Shown: positions 11,247 through 24,415 of the stretch, in pieces | Layout of the letters: every line of letters starts with the position of its first letter | Numbering within the stretch: position 1 is the stretch's first letter | Assembly (NCBI RefSeq): GCF_006345805.1 | Contig: NC_042998.1 | Location: 142,662,001-142,726,000, forward strand | Direction of reading: 5' to 3' | DNA from: Octopus sinensis | Lineage: Eukaryota | Length of the DNA stretch: 64,000 nucleotides | The notes under the pieces: generated by a model | Database searches by the model: none | Seen by the model: only the letters and a program-made list of their open reading frames with translations | Told to the model about the DNA's origin: nothing | Program-made: the position numbers and the translations under genes

Positions 11247-12514
11247 GAATCCCCTACGCACACAAATACACGTTCACATATGAAGAGAGAAAGAGAGAAA
11301 GAAATCATGATAACTACATAATCTAACAGTAGATACAAGCTGATTCAAAAGTCCCTTTAAGCGTAAATATAAACCGATTAACTACCGAGTTTAGTCGGGA
11401 TCATTTGAACGTCTCGTCTCCCCTTTCCTCACACCTGTCATCTCTTCACCATAGCTTTCATATACCTCTCCTATGCATTCATTAAACAACCCAGCTGCAG
11501 TACTCTCGTTGTCTGCGCGGCGCAACGATTCCAAAATGGACGGTCTGTTTCCCTGCCATCATGAAGTACCATTTGTAGGGCGTTGACTATTCTCTCATCT
11601 TTCGATAATGACATTTTCCCTTTGTTTCTATCCGTGATTTTCGGTCTTACTTGTATATTGCTGTCCTTGTTTGTCTGTCACTTTACTGATATTCTCTATA
11701 CCGCTGGCGAAACCAGACGAGAACTAATGTAGAATTTAAAGTTTTCGAACTATAAACGCCCCGAAACTGCGCTTGTACTCTGGCTTTCATAGCTGATGAG
11801 CGGATTTATATGTGTATTTGTCCTTTATCCTTTTCCGTTAATCGTTTCCGTGTTCTATTTTGATTTTCCCTACACACGTACACATCAGAAACTATTATTA
11901 ATCACTACTCTACCACTGAATACTCTTTCTTCCGACAGTCAATACAAAGCGCGAGCGCGCATGTGTGATCACCCTCCATTCCCATGTAATTGTATTGCGA
12001 TGACGTTTTGTGACGGCTGCTTATGAAATAGACCACTTCACAAAAGCTCATTCACGAAAACTACACGATACACTGATGTGTGCCACCTGCTCCGCACTTA
12101 AAATAGGAAAAATATAGCCCATGGCGGACTACCTTGTCAGGCTACGCGAATGTTTAAATACATACCAAATAAGAATCGAAAGAGGCACAGATTATCATAT
12201 CTAATAAAATTAAAACGGTTTAAAATATTTTAAGCTTGTCCAGCGACCATGGCAAAGTAGGGGCAAATTCTGTTAAGTCAATTCATTAACCCCTTGCCCG
12301 GGCAAAGCCTTTTCAAAAGTTTATTCTAAACCCCTATGCTTGTTTTCAGACTAAAAGTTAGCTTTTGTTTCATACGTTCTTTATAATATAAAACTTTTCT
12401 TTCATAAGTTCCAAGTTACTCTGGTGATATGTATGTATGTATGTATGTATATAGGAATACAAAATATGGGACAAGAACGCAAAACATCCAGACAAATGAT
12501 ACAGCCTTATTTAT

Positions 12515-13096
12515 CATCATCATCATCATCATCATCGTTTAACGTCCGTTCTCCATGCTAGCATGGGTTGGACGGTTCGACCGGGGATCTGGAAAGCCAG
12601 AAGGCTGCACCAGGCTCCAGTCTTATCTGGCAGTGTTTCTACAGCTGGATGCCCTTCCTAACGCCAACCACTCCGTGGGTGTAGTGGGTGCTTTTTACGT
12701 GCCACCTGCACAGGTGCCAGGCGAGGCTGGCAACGGCCACGGTCGGATTGGTGTATTTTATGTGCCACCTGCACGGAAGCCAAACGAGGGGGTGCTGGCA
12801 TCGGCCACGAGTCGGATAGTGCTTTTTACGTACCACCAGACCAGGGATCCTGGCTGGTTCAATTCGATTTCGATTTCGCTTGCCCCAACATGTCTTCGCA
12901 AGCAAGGGGGTTGGCATGGGTGCCTGTCGTACGGTCAGATTGGTGTATTTTACGTGCCACCGTCACGGAAGCCAGTGGAGGCGGCGCTGGCATCGGCCAC
13001 GAGTCGGATAGTGCTTTTTACGTACCACCAGACCAGGGATCCTGGCTGGTTCAATTCGATTTCGATTTCGTTTTCGCTTGCCCCAACATGTCTTCG

Positions 13097-13097
<1 letters not shown>
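12515..13097 (-). mobile_element. RTE-type LINE 3' UTR / LINE-tail element with (GAT)n tail and an internal tandem duplication
   Basis: Starts with (CAT)n-CGTTTAACGTCCG..CCATGCTAGCATGGGTTGGACGG on plus. The ~160-bp block ~12743-12900 is repeated at ~12938-13097. ORF 12555-13220 merely reflects this duplication. Confidence 0.65.
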
Positions 13098-13186
<89 letters not shown>

Positions 13187-13195
13187 TTATATATA

Positions 13196-14482
13196 CAATG
13201 GTTGGCTGAAAAGTTCATAGGCTGTCCATGAAGGAGTGGTGTTAGAGCTGTGAAATCTTTCATGCACAAGTTTCTTCTTGTTAATAACTTCATAGTATCT
13301 TCCCAGATAATCTTACGTCTGACTGTTCAAAGAAGACATCGAATGTAACAAATAGCTGCTTCTCTTGGAAATTGACAAAATTTGACATTGTAGTGTTATC
13401 AAGTACTTGCAGAAAAAAGGATTTAGCCTTCAACGATATTCATGCTGATGTGGTTGCTATATTAATAGATGATGTTTCAGTTTTATCAACAGTGCAAAAG
13501 TGGGCAACTGAATTTAGGAGGGAAACGAAGAGTCTTGAAGACGGCCCAAGGTTTGGACGTCCTATAACTACCACCAACGAGGTAAACATTGATTGTGTTC
13601 ACTACGTGCTATTGGATGACAGGCGATTGACTATAAATTTAATAGCCAATGCTGTTAGCATATCCCGTGAGAGAGTTGGGAATATTAGGCACAATAAACA
13701 TGGTATGACGAAGGTTTCTGCTCCGTAGTTGCCACGTCTTCTGACACCTGATCAAAAGTGCACCAGGCTGATCACATCACGGGGAAATCTGACATTGTTT
13801 GAGGCAGGTCCATTTGATTTCTTTGAACGTTTCATAACCCAGGATGAGTATTGGTTTCACCACTTTGATATAGAGACAAAGAGACAATCCATGCTGTAGA
13901 AACACCCATTCTCACCTGCTTCAAAGAAGGCCAAGGTCGTTTCATCTACAAGGAAAGTCATGGACTCAGTTTTTTGAGATGCAAACGGCATTCTGTTTAC
14001 TATCTTCAAAAAGAGTACGCCACCAGTGGAGAGTACTATGCTAATTTGCTGGCGCAGTTATGGAAGGCTATCAAGTCTTAACGCCCTGGAAAGCTGACGA
14101 AAGAGGTCTTGTTTCATCAGGACAATGTTCCAGCACGTAAGTCCTAGGTTTCAATTACCGTTTTATGTGACTGTGACTTTCAAGTGGTTAATTGCCATCT
14201 TTATTCTTCTGATTTGGCCTCATCTGACTATCTGTGTTCTCCAACATGAAAAAGCAGTTGACTGGAAATCAGTGTCGCAGTGATGGTGACGCTACGTCTG
14301 CTGTTAATAACGTTTTTGACCAACAGGATGAAAGCTTCTTCATCAACGGAATTCAAGAACTGCAACACCGATGGAAGAAGTATGTGGACCGCAAAGGGTA
14401 CTATGTTGAAAAATAAACCTCATTTGGTCACATTCAATGAGAGTACCTAGGTCAGCCTATGAACTTTTGCAGCAGACCTTCG
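13196..14482 (+). mobile_element. Mariner (DD34D) transposon, full length but pseudogenised
   Basis: TIRs GGTTGGCTGAAAAGTTCATAGGCTG / CAGCCTATGAACTTTTGCAGCAGACC. Peptides VQKWATEFRR..SLEDGPRFGRP, TQDEYWFHHFD, FHQDNVPA and GIQELQHRWKKYVDRKGYYVEK. Multiple stops. Confidence 0.92.
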
Positions 14483-15424
14483 TGCACAAGTGTGTGTGTG
14501 TGTGTGTGTGTGCGTGTTATATTTTTCGAATTATATGTTCCAATTATATATATGTGTGTGTTTGTGTGTGTGTGTGTGTATGTATGTGTGTATGTATGTA
14601 TGTATGTATGTATGTATGTATGTATGATGTGTATATGTTTCTTTGTATTTGTTTGTCATTCATAGCGGGACAATCGGTGTTAGTTTCTTTACGTTCTCGT
14701 ACCTTACCGGGTCGTCTTGATAAAAAACGACCAGCAGAATAAGTTCCAGTCTGTAAATAAGAACAGGTATCGCTTTTATCAATCAAACCCTCCAAAGCGG
14801 TGCTCTAGCATGGCCTCAGTCCACTGACTGAAACAAATAAAAGAATAACGGAATCACAGAATAACGAGAATAAAAGAATAAAATGCTTTTGGGTTTGTAC
14901 ATTCTAAATTCAGTTCCTTCTTTCGATTTTGGTTTCATTGTTCTCGAGTCGATAAATCCCGGGCGATCAATTCGTTCGATTGTTTTCCTTTCTGAGAAAT
15001 TTGTGCTAATTTAAGTAATCAATATTTCCTCAATTGTTAATTTAAATAACATTTAATGAAAAATAATTTTTTAGAAATCACTCCAGGGCGTTAAAGAAGA
15101 GTTCCCTTCATTATTTTATTGAGATTTTTTTCATTTAACCAAAAACAATTTTTTAATCATCTAAAGCGAAATTGCGTAAGTTCAAAATTTAGGCTTCGTA
15201 GGTGAAAGCAAATAGGTTGAATTCACCAGAAATCACTGTTTCTTCTGCAAATGGACGCTGCAGGAACAAACTGACCTGATTTACAAAATTTTGCATCAGC
15301 TGCCATTTAAAACACATTTTTCACTCACTCACACACTCGCTTGCTTACTCACTCACTCACTCACATGTTTTTACAGTATTCAAATTTTTATTAGTCTGTT
15401 ATTAGCCATAGGTCTCATAAAACC

Positions 15425-15655
15425 GGGGCCTACCTAATTTTCATGTTCTATAATTGAGATTACATCACTTCCCCTTGAATGGAATGCAGGTCCATCACAG
15501 GGTTACTTTCCTAGCTATTACTGGAACTTATTTACAGGTGAATGAACTGGAGTTACGTGAAATGAAGTGTTTTGCTCAAGCACTGAACACACCATCCAGT
15601 TGTTCAGGAATCGAACCCACGATCTGCCACGATTTTACGATCGTGGCTACAACAA
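15425..15655 (-). mobile_element. tRNA-derived SINE, family D, degenerate
   Basis: GAATCGAACCC (B box on minus), GAAGTGTTTTGCTCAAG core, GTCCATCACAGGGTTAC. Homologous to 21420-21775 and 54690-54952. Confidence 0.65.
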
Positions 15656-16233
15656 CCTGATCAGTTCTTGGGGATGGTCATCTTTTGCCAATTAAAAAAA
15701 AAATGACTTTCCCCAAGGATAACAATAAAAATAGATTCGAAGAGAAATCAATAACACGGAAGAAGAACAGAATGTTACTTGAAAGATCTCTAAAAATTTA
15801 GACCGAGCTAACCAGTGAATTTCTACGTGGTTCTTCGCCCTGCAAGAAACCGCAACCAGAATCCATTCGGACACCATCCTATTATCTTAAAAAAGGAAAT
15901 AAAAACCCTGATGTCGGATCAGTGAATATCCACCAACACGTTAAATAACATACCCACGTAGCCCCGCCTATTTGTTGCCCTTCTATCCTAGAAACATCAT
16001 CATCTTCCAATACATAAAATAAAAGTATCTAATTCTGAAAGTTTCAGATTTTGATCATCGATTCTTAGGTCTAACAACAACATACTTTCTGGTGAATTTT
16101 CCCCCATTTTTTTAAAGAATATAAATAATTGTGTTTTTTGATGACAAATGTTAACATATAAGGTCATGATGCGATATTTCCGTCACAACTATTATGGACA
16201 ATAATTGTCCTATATAATATTCTTTGCTAAAAA

Positions 16234-16470
16234 CAGTAGTTCTCAACCGGTGTCCATATGACACTTGGAGGTCCACATAAGCGTTTGTTGTTAAAATTTA
16301 TCTGCAATAATGTTGTTATACTTTTACATTACACAAAATGTTTTAAGAATTTTGTTAAATGCTATTCCTAATAATATCTAATTATAGAAATATATGATTT
16401 TTCAAATATTGAAATTACTATGAGGGTCCACCCAAGCAAAATAAGAATCAAAGGGATCCATGGGTAAAGC
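16234..16470. mobile_element. hAT (Charlie-like) MITE remnant
   Basis: Begins CAGTAGTTCTCAACCGG (CAGTGGTTCTCAAC-type hAT end) with repeated GGGGTCC-like subterminal motifs. The right end is degraded. Confidence 0.5.
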
Positions 16471-18249
16471 ATGGAAACTGCGTGGAAGCCCATCACACAT
16501 ATATGCATATATACACATACATAAACACGTGTGTGTGTCTTTGTGCTTGTCCCACCTCGACTTTTGTGACAACCGGTGTTGGTTTGTTTACGTCCCCGTA
16601 ACTTAGCAGTTCAGCAATAATTAAACACTGGAATGGGTTTGGTCGACTAAAAATGGCTCTCGTTTCCATTACTTGTTTTGGAACCACTTAGTTTCGGGTC
16701 AGTTCCACTGCGTCATGCTTTGGGCAAGTGTCTTCTGTTTTAGCCAGGGACCGACCAATGCTTGAGTAAATTTGATAGAAGGAAACTGCGTGGAAGCCCA
16801 TCGCATATATATATGCATACATACATATGTGTATGCAAAGACACACTAATACATACGTGTATGTTTGTGTTTTTCCTATCCCCCCCAACCGCTTGACAAC
16901 CGTTGATGTTTTGTTTACATTCCTCGTAACTTAGCGGTTCAGCAATAAATAAACACTGGGGTCGATTTGTTTGACTAATACCCTTCAGGGTGGTGCCAGC
17001 ATAGCCGTAGTGGAATCACTGAAAAAAAGTAAGTTAAAAGATAAAGAGATAAAGCGGAAAGACTTCCGTTTGTACCACCCCACTCACCACAAAATCGCGT
17101 TATTAATGATTGAAATACGTTAGAATACTGTTATGCACAGCACAGGCTGTAGATGGCAGCAGACTACTTGTCTCATAAAATATGAACACGCATGCCACCA
17201 ATATGTACGTTCTCAGTTCGCTCCAATATGTCGGATTATGAACAAACTTTCTACGTCTACTGCTTCGGCAACATCGCGGAGTCAAGGGAAAGCATGGCAT
17301 AAACCTATATAGACTTTCCCTCACAATATCTGAAGAGTCGACGGTTAATTATTGCCAGAAACTTGGACTCATATATTTCTATACTGCCCACAAGAGGCTA
17401 AATATAGAGGGGACAAACAAGGACAGACAAAGGTATTTAAGTCGATTACATCGACCCCAGTGCGTAACTGGTACTTTATTTATCGACCCCGAAAGGATGA
17501 AAGGCAAAGTCGACCTCTTGTACAAAACTTGGACTCAGCCAAAACAAATGCGTTGTTCATCTTGTAAAACTAGATGGGCAATGCATATAAGAATCAAAGC
17601 TATATGAGAATCAAGAATGATCCCGAAAAACAAAACGAGGAGGGGCAAAGGGAGAGGAGAAAGTGAAAGAGAACCAATGTCAGATCATTTGTGTGTTTGT
17701 ATGTGTATGTGTGCGCGCGCGTGTGTATGTGTGTGTAAAATTCATCTTTCGTGTCCTAAAGGGAAATATAAAGATATATTTTAAAAAAATTATGATTATA
17801 CTGGTTAACTCAACTCTTTAAAGATATTTTATTCAGTATGTTTGTGAGCGTATGTATGTGTGCTTTGCTGTATCTGTATCTGCCACGTCATATCTGCGAA
17901 TATTTTCTCTTTTTGTATTGTAAAGTTATTTTGAGTTGCCTTTGTTCAGCAAGTCTATTTGTCCTCAACATCAGCGGCAGCAGCAGCACGTAGTAGTAGT
18001 AGTAGTAGTAGCAGCAACAAAAGCAGCAGTAATGGGACCGTGGAGCGTTAAGCTCCAAGATTGAATGCATCACGACAGCATTTCAAGTTTTCGTCTATCT
18101 CCCTTTTACATTCGTGATCCAAACATACGCCGCCACAGACATCTGACGTTCACTCAATCGGTTATTCTCTTCCTACGAGTATTGTCATTGTTGTTGTCCT
18201 TGCTGTCGTTTAGCCCCAGGTCGGCTTTGAGTAAGTAGGTATATGATCA

Positions 18250-18480
18250 GAGGCGGCGAGCTGGCAGAAACGTTAGCACGCCGGGCGAAATGCTTAGCGG
18301 TATTTCGTCTGCCGTTACGTTCTGAGTTCAAATTCCGCCGAGGTCGACTTTGCCTTTCATCCTTTCGGGGTCGATTAAATAAGTACAGTTACGCACTGGG
18401 GTCGATATAATCGACTTAATCCGTTTGTCTGTCCTTGTTCGTCTTCTCTGTGTTTAGCCCCTTGTGGGTAGTAAAGAAAT
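18250..18480 (+). mobile_element. SINE family B, young copy with 13-bp target-site duplication
   Basis: GGCGGCGAGCTGGCAGAAACG...GAGTTCAAATTCCGCCGAGGTCGACTTTGCCTTTCATCCTTTCGGGGTCGAT. Flanked by AGGTATATGATCA at 18237-18249 and 18481-18493. Confidence 0.9.
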
Positions 18481-19797
18481 AGGTATATGATCAAAGTCAT
18501 TCAAACCTTAATACAAGATCTTAAACTTTCTACATTTTCTTTAAGAGGAAATGGCGAGTCCAGAACCGCCAATGTGAAGACCTTCCTGGATTAAGTCGGT
18601 ATAGTGTGATTTGAGAGAGAAAAGGGAGAGAGAGACACACAGAGAGGGGAAAGTGTGTGTGGGTGTGGGTGCGTGTGCGACAGATAGACAGCAGATATAT
18701 AAAGATGGAGAGGCAGGGAGAGAAGGGGAAAGAGGAAGGGAGAGAAAGGGAAAGAGGTAGAGAGAGAAGGGGAAAGAGAAAGGGTGGAATGGGGACAGGA
18801 AGAGAGTGAAGGGAGGGACGGAAAGATAGAGAGAGTTGAGGAGAGAGGAGAAGGAGACAGAAAGAGAAAGACAGAGACATTTGACTGCTGTTTCTAACAG
18901 GTCAAACGTCAGTGTAGAGGCTCCCGCGCTGTATCTGGGTGAATGTGTAAGGCAGCGATGGATGAGCAGTTTTCTGTTTTTCGTTCAAATTCTACCGCGG
19001 ATGATTTTGATTATATCATCCCCCTCCTGGAGTTTTTACAAAATTGAATAAATAGGATCCTGAGAATAAATTCGTAGACTATGTATAAGTTTTTTTGCAA
19101 ATCGGTGGTGGCTGACGAGGAAGATTCGGCAACAACTCGGCGGTGAGAGTGGCGATGGTGATGCTGGTGATAACAGTGATGGCGATAGAGGTGGAGGCGC
19201 GATGGAGGCGATGGCAGAGGTAGCGCCGGTGTGACAGAGGCGCAAATATGGTAGTGACGCAGCGATGGCGGCAGTGCTCAACATTGGTGGTGGTAACGCA
19301 GCAATGGTGGCGACAATGTAGCAATGGTGGCGACGCCGCGATGACAGTGAAAGCGGCTGGGGCGGCGGTTATTGTTGGAGTGGGAGTAAGGGGAAGCTAA
19401 AGAAGCAGTGGTGACAGCGGCGGCAGTAATTCGTGTGCGTGTGATGGGAGGGGTGGGTGGAGAGTATTTGTTTCCCGAAGGTTCTTCCCACCCACAATTA
19501 AAAAAGAAAAAAAGAAAAACTGATATCATCGATGCCAATGTGAGGGAAAGGAGAAATGTATAGCGACAGTTTAGCTTGTCTGCATTGGCAACAGAGTTTA
19601 GTACCAGCAAGGTGTGGTACATACATACATACATACATACATACATACATACATACACACATACATGCGAGCATACATACATAACTGCATGCACATATAT
19701 ATATGCACACATCCAAATATCATGCATACCTACCAATACACCTACGTATATGCAAGCATAATACACACCCACGCATACATGCATATATATGTATGTG

Positions 19798-19853
<56 letters not shown>

Positions 19854-20202
19854 TACTTGTAGAACAAAAGAAACGAAACACGAATGGTTTTTTTTATACG
19901 GCGCCGTTTTTACAATCTTGTAAATAATAATAATGGTATTTTTATATAAGCTTAAAGCTTTTGGCGATCAACGTGCAATGACTAAGGAAAATAGTCTAAT
20001 AAAGGGGCACATAAGCCCTCAACAGAAAAAAAAGGCTTTCTTATCCGTGTGTAAAGGTAACACACTTAGTCGTCCTAAGTCATTGCACGGTGATCGCCAT
20101 AAGCTTTTTAAGCTTATATAAATATATGTATATATATCGTGCATATATACATGCACGCATACATACAGAGAGACAGACATACACAGCATACATACATCTA
20201 GT

Positions 20203-21410
20203 ATCATCATCATCATGGCTCGGCTTCGCGAACGAAGATCAAGAAGGCTGTCCACGTCGTGTGCATGCACGCTCATGTCTGACAAGTCCGATACGGGAAA
20301 GGCAGGTCCGTGAGCAGTGTCCATAGACGAAGGTGACATCTGGTGTAGTGTCAGAGGCGGCTCGCGCCTTCCTCCTGCGCTTCTTGTCTTTAAACGCGTC
20401 TCTTCTTTGTTCCTCAAACTAATTGACCAATTTGAAGATCGTGTGGCGCCAGACATCACGGTCCGCAGCCAGGTCTGACCAGCAATGGTGGTCAATATGA
20501 CATGCTGTTAGAGACTTCTTGAGGCAGTCTTTGTAGCGCTTCCTCGGGGCTCCTCTCACTCGGTGGCCGGTGGAGAGTTCGTCAAACAGGGCAATCTTAG
20601 GAAGGCGATGGTTCCCCATTCTGGAGACATGCCCTGCCCATCGGAGGTGGGACCTCAGTAACATGGCTTCAATGCTGGGGATCTCGGCCCGTTCCAAAAC
20701 TTCAATGTTTGTGACAAAGTCACACCCGTGCATGTTGAGGATGGTGCGGAGACATCGCTGGTGGACGCGCTCGGGGAGACGGTTGTAACTGCGGTAGGTG
20801 ATCCAGGTTGCTGAGTGTTGAAAACCACGGCCCTGTAGACACTGATCTTTGTTTTGTTCTTCAGGTCATTATTGTGCCAAGCACGTTTGTACAATCTGCA
20901 AAAGGACCTTTTTTGCCTTAGAGAGTCTAATTTCAATTTCTTTGTCGATCCTTGCATCGGATGAGATGATGCAGCCCAGGTATGTGAACTGCTGTGTTGA
21001 TTTCAGTTCGGTATCGCAGATAGTGATGTGGGGTGGGTGGTATTCCTCCATATCTTCAGTTGCATGCTTGATCATCATGCTGAAGAAGATGCTGAAGAGA
21101 GTCGGTGCCATAGTCCTGTCCTACTCACTGTGTCAAATGCTTTTGTAAGGTCGACAAAATTAGCATAGAGTCCCCTGTTTTGTTCTCGGCACTTCTCCTG
21201 AAGTTGGCGGAGGACGAACACCATATCCGTCGTGCCTCTGTTGACTCTGAAGCCACACTGGCTCTCGGGGAGGTTTTCTTCAGCGATGGTTGGTACGAGC
21301 CTGTTGAGCAGGATCCTGGCAAGTACTTTGCCAACGATGGAGAGTAGGGTGATTCACCGGTAGTTGGAGCAGTCAGACTTTTCACCCTTGTTCTTGTACA
21401 GAGTTATGGT
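20203..21410 (-). mobile_element. RTE (BovB-like) LINE, internally deleted RT plus 3' end
   Basis: LYKNKGEKSDCSNYR; MAPTLFSIFFSMM; FTYLGCIISSDARIDKEI; HLRWAGHVSRMGNHRLPKIALFDEL..RGAPRKRYKD; (ATG)n tail at ~20203-20216. Confidence 0.9.
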
Positions 21411-21419
21411 GTATATTTT

Positions 21420-21775
21420 AAACATCTTGTTTATAAAAAGGTAAAACCCCACTTCCGTCATGAATGACCGTGGCATTACACCTAGAAAGTTCCCCTCCGA
21501 GGCACAAGTCGGGCAAGGTTGTTTTATGGTATGCAGTCGCCCATGCATACCAGCCTCCCCACTCCACGCCACCGATGTTATCCAAGGGAAAGGCAAAGGC
21601 TGATACAGCTTGGTACCAGTGACGTCGCAACTCATTTCTATAGCTGAGTAAACTGCATCAATGTGAAATAAAGTGTCTTGCTCAAGAATACAACGCATAG
21701 CTCGGTCTGGGAATCGAACTCACTACTTCATGATTGAGAGCCCGACGCTCTAACCACTGAACCATGCGCCTTCAC
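21420..21775 (-). mobile_element. SINE family D
   Basis: Minus head GTGAAGGCGCATGGTTCAGTGGTTAGAGCG...GAGTTCGATTCCCAGACC; core AAGTGTCTTGCTCAAG on plus. Confidence 0.8.
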
Positions 21776-21784
21776 TACATCTTA

Positions 21785-22157
21785 TAGGCGCAGAAATGCC
21801 TGTGTGGTAAGAAGCTTACCTCCCAACCACATGGTTCCGGGTTCAGTCCCACTGCATGGTACCTTGAGCAAGTGTCTTCTACTGTAGCCTCGGGCCGACC
21901 AAAACCTTGTGAGTGAATTTAGTAGACGGAAAGAAGCCCATCGTGTATATGTGTGTGTGTTTGTTTCCACACCATCGCTTGACAACCGATGTTGGTGTGT
22001 TTACGTCCCCGTAACTTAGCGGTTCGGCAAAAGACACCGATAGAATAAGTACTAGGCTTACAAAGAATATGTTCTGAGGTCGATTAGTTCGACTAAAGGT
22101 GGTGTTTCAGCATAGCCGCAGTCAAAATGATTGAAACAAGTAAAAGAATAAAAGAAT
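21785..22157 (+). mobile_element. SINE family A
   Basis: Matches 2776-3180. Confidence 0.88.
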
Positions 22158-22970
22158 ACGTACACATACATACATTCATCACACATACGTACATGCATCG
22201 TACATGCATTCATATGTATGTACGTAGGTACATATGTGCATACATACATATATACAAAGACGAGTTACATAATCACCTTCCAAGGAAAGTTATATAGTTC
22301 CAGTTCGCCTGTCATTTAATAATTAATATTATGTTCTGCACTAAGGGAAGCTGCAAGAATCGTTAGACCATCGGGGAAAAATGCTTAGCGGTATTTCGTC
22401 CGTCCTTACATGCTGAGTTCAAATCCTGCCAAAGCCGACTTTGCCTTTCATTCTTCCGGTGTCTATAAAATGAGTACCATTTGAGCACTGGGGTCGATGT
22501 AATTGGCTTAGCCCCTCCTCCAAAATTGCTGGCCTTGCATTAAAATTTGAAACCAACATTATGCTCTGAACTCGCCTAGCGCTTATTTTAAAGCATATCT
22601 TTCATCTTTTACTTGCTTCAGTCATTAGACTGCGGCCATGCCGGAGCACCGCCTTGAAGCATTTCGATCGAGCGAATCGGCCCCAGTACTTACATTTTTT
22701 TGAAATGTGGAGCTGATTCTATCCGTCTCTTTTGCCAAACCGCTAAGTTAAGTGGACGCAAACACACCAACTGGTTGTAGTGAGAAGCTTACTACCAAAC
22801 CACATGCTTTTGGGTTCAGTCGCTCTATAGCCTCGGGCTGACCAAAGCCTTATGAGCTGATTAGGTAGACAGAAACTGAAAGAAGCCCCTCAGGACAAAC
22901 GAAGGAAGGGCACTCAACCAATTTATTGAGAGTTACATGTATGGATCAAAACAGTTTGATTCATATTCGT

Positions 22971-23978
22971 TGGTACTCTTGAGTTTCAAGCGTGATGCTA
23001 GTCGTCAGCCATTTTGAATTTGAATGACAGAAGTCGATTGTTCTTACTGTATGGTGGACTGCGATTGGTCGAGGAAGGTCACGCGGTGTCGTGGTTTTAT
23101 GTTGGTGTATGGGTAACAGTTTGATGGAAAATACAGCATGGAGAACAGGAAATAGACCGCGTGTGGAACAGGAAATAGACGACGCGGTGATTAGAAATCG
23201 GTCAGGCTGTTGGGGAGAGGAAGTAGGAAGGGGCGGCATGTGCAAATATATAATTCTATATGTGAGTGCGTAGACGTGCTCATATAGATCTGCATGCATG
23301 TGTATATTGATGCGAGTCTGCACATCTGTACATAGGTGCACACGTGCACGTCTGCACACACACACTTGGACGAACACGCGTACGCGCACACGTATACACA
23401 TACACACGCATACGCACACATGTACACAGATTCACGCATACAGACTCGCATGCGCGTGCATATGTGCAATCGTACGCGCGAGTATACACGCGAAAAACAA
23501 GCGTTGGGGATTGGTAAGCGTTGGGAATTGATAAGCGTTGGGGATTGGTATGCGTTGGGGGTTGGTGAACGTTGGGTATTGGTAAATGGCGGTCTTGCTC
23601 ATGGGATTCGTTGGTAGCGGTGACCTTGGTGCAGGCGGTGCAGAGTAGCAGCTTGTACTAAGGTGGTATATCCGAGTTGTCAGCAGTCAGAGGCCTGAAA
23701 TTTGCCAGAAGGGCATATCTCTAGGACAGCAATACGATAAACCGTATTTCTTGTTAATGGATACTGCGGGTTGTTGGAGGATATGCAGTTTTTCGCGGAG
23801 ACAGAGCTGGTAATTGGGGGCGCCGGGTGAATATGGTGGCGCTCTGTCCACAATAGTCCACTTGATGTGACCTTCCTCGACCAATCGCAGCCCACCTTAC
23901 GGTAATAACAATCGACTTCTGTCATTCAAATTCAAAATGGCTGACGACTAGCATCACGCTTGAAACTCAAGAGTACCA
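22971..23978. mobile_element. Non-autonomous DNA transposon (~1 kb) with ~112-bp TIRs
   Basis: 22971-23082 is the reverse complement of 23867-23978; the outer ~70 bp are perfect (TGGTACTCTTGAGTTTCAAGCGTGATGCTAGTCGTCAGCCATTTTGAATTTGAATGACAGAAGTCGATTG). No transposase inside. Contains an internal ~17-bp tandem repeat (GCGTTGGGGATTGGTAA) at ~23500-23585. Confidence 0.85.
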
Positions 23979-24284
23979 CTGTTTTTTGCAAATAAAACCT
24001 AAACACAATAAACTAAGGTTTTAGAAAAAAAAACATGCCGTTAAGAGAGCAGATCTTAGAGTAGATATTAAAAAAGAGTTTGTATAGAAAGGTTCCTCCT
24101 GTTTATACTAGAAAAGACTGTAGCGAAGTTGTTTTTTTTTTTACGGCAGCTGTATTTGTTTCCATTATTTATATTCTATTTCTTTTACTGATTTTAAGAC
24201 ATCTGTGGCATACAGAGAAATGCTTTATATTTCAATCTTTTATCTTTTAGTTGCTTCAGTCACTGCACTGTCGTCATGCTGGGA

Positions 24285-24333
<49 letters not shown>

Positions 24334-24371
24334 ATATATAATATATATATATATATATACGTGTGTGTGTA

Positions 24372-24415
<44 letters not shown>

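Noticed and set aside
11758-11805. GAAA...CTGATGAG as a permuted hammerhead
   Set aside because: The required stems I-III do not pair.
12555-13220. 221-aa ORF with an internal repeat
   Set aside because: It lies antisense to a LINE-type 3' UTR with a tandem duplication and runs into (TA)n; no protein motif.
19130-19430. GC-rich stretch as a CpG island or exon
   Set aside because: It is a degenerate GGC/GGT/GAT trinucleotide low-complexity tract.
23500-23585. Regularly spaced short repeats resembling a CRISPR array
   Set aside because: The units are contiguous 17-mers with no unique spacers, there are no cas genes, and the context is eukaryotic.
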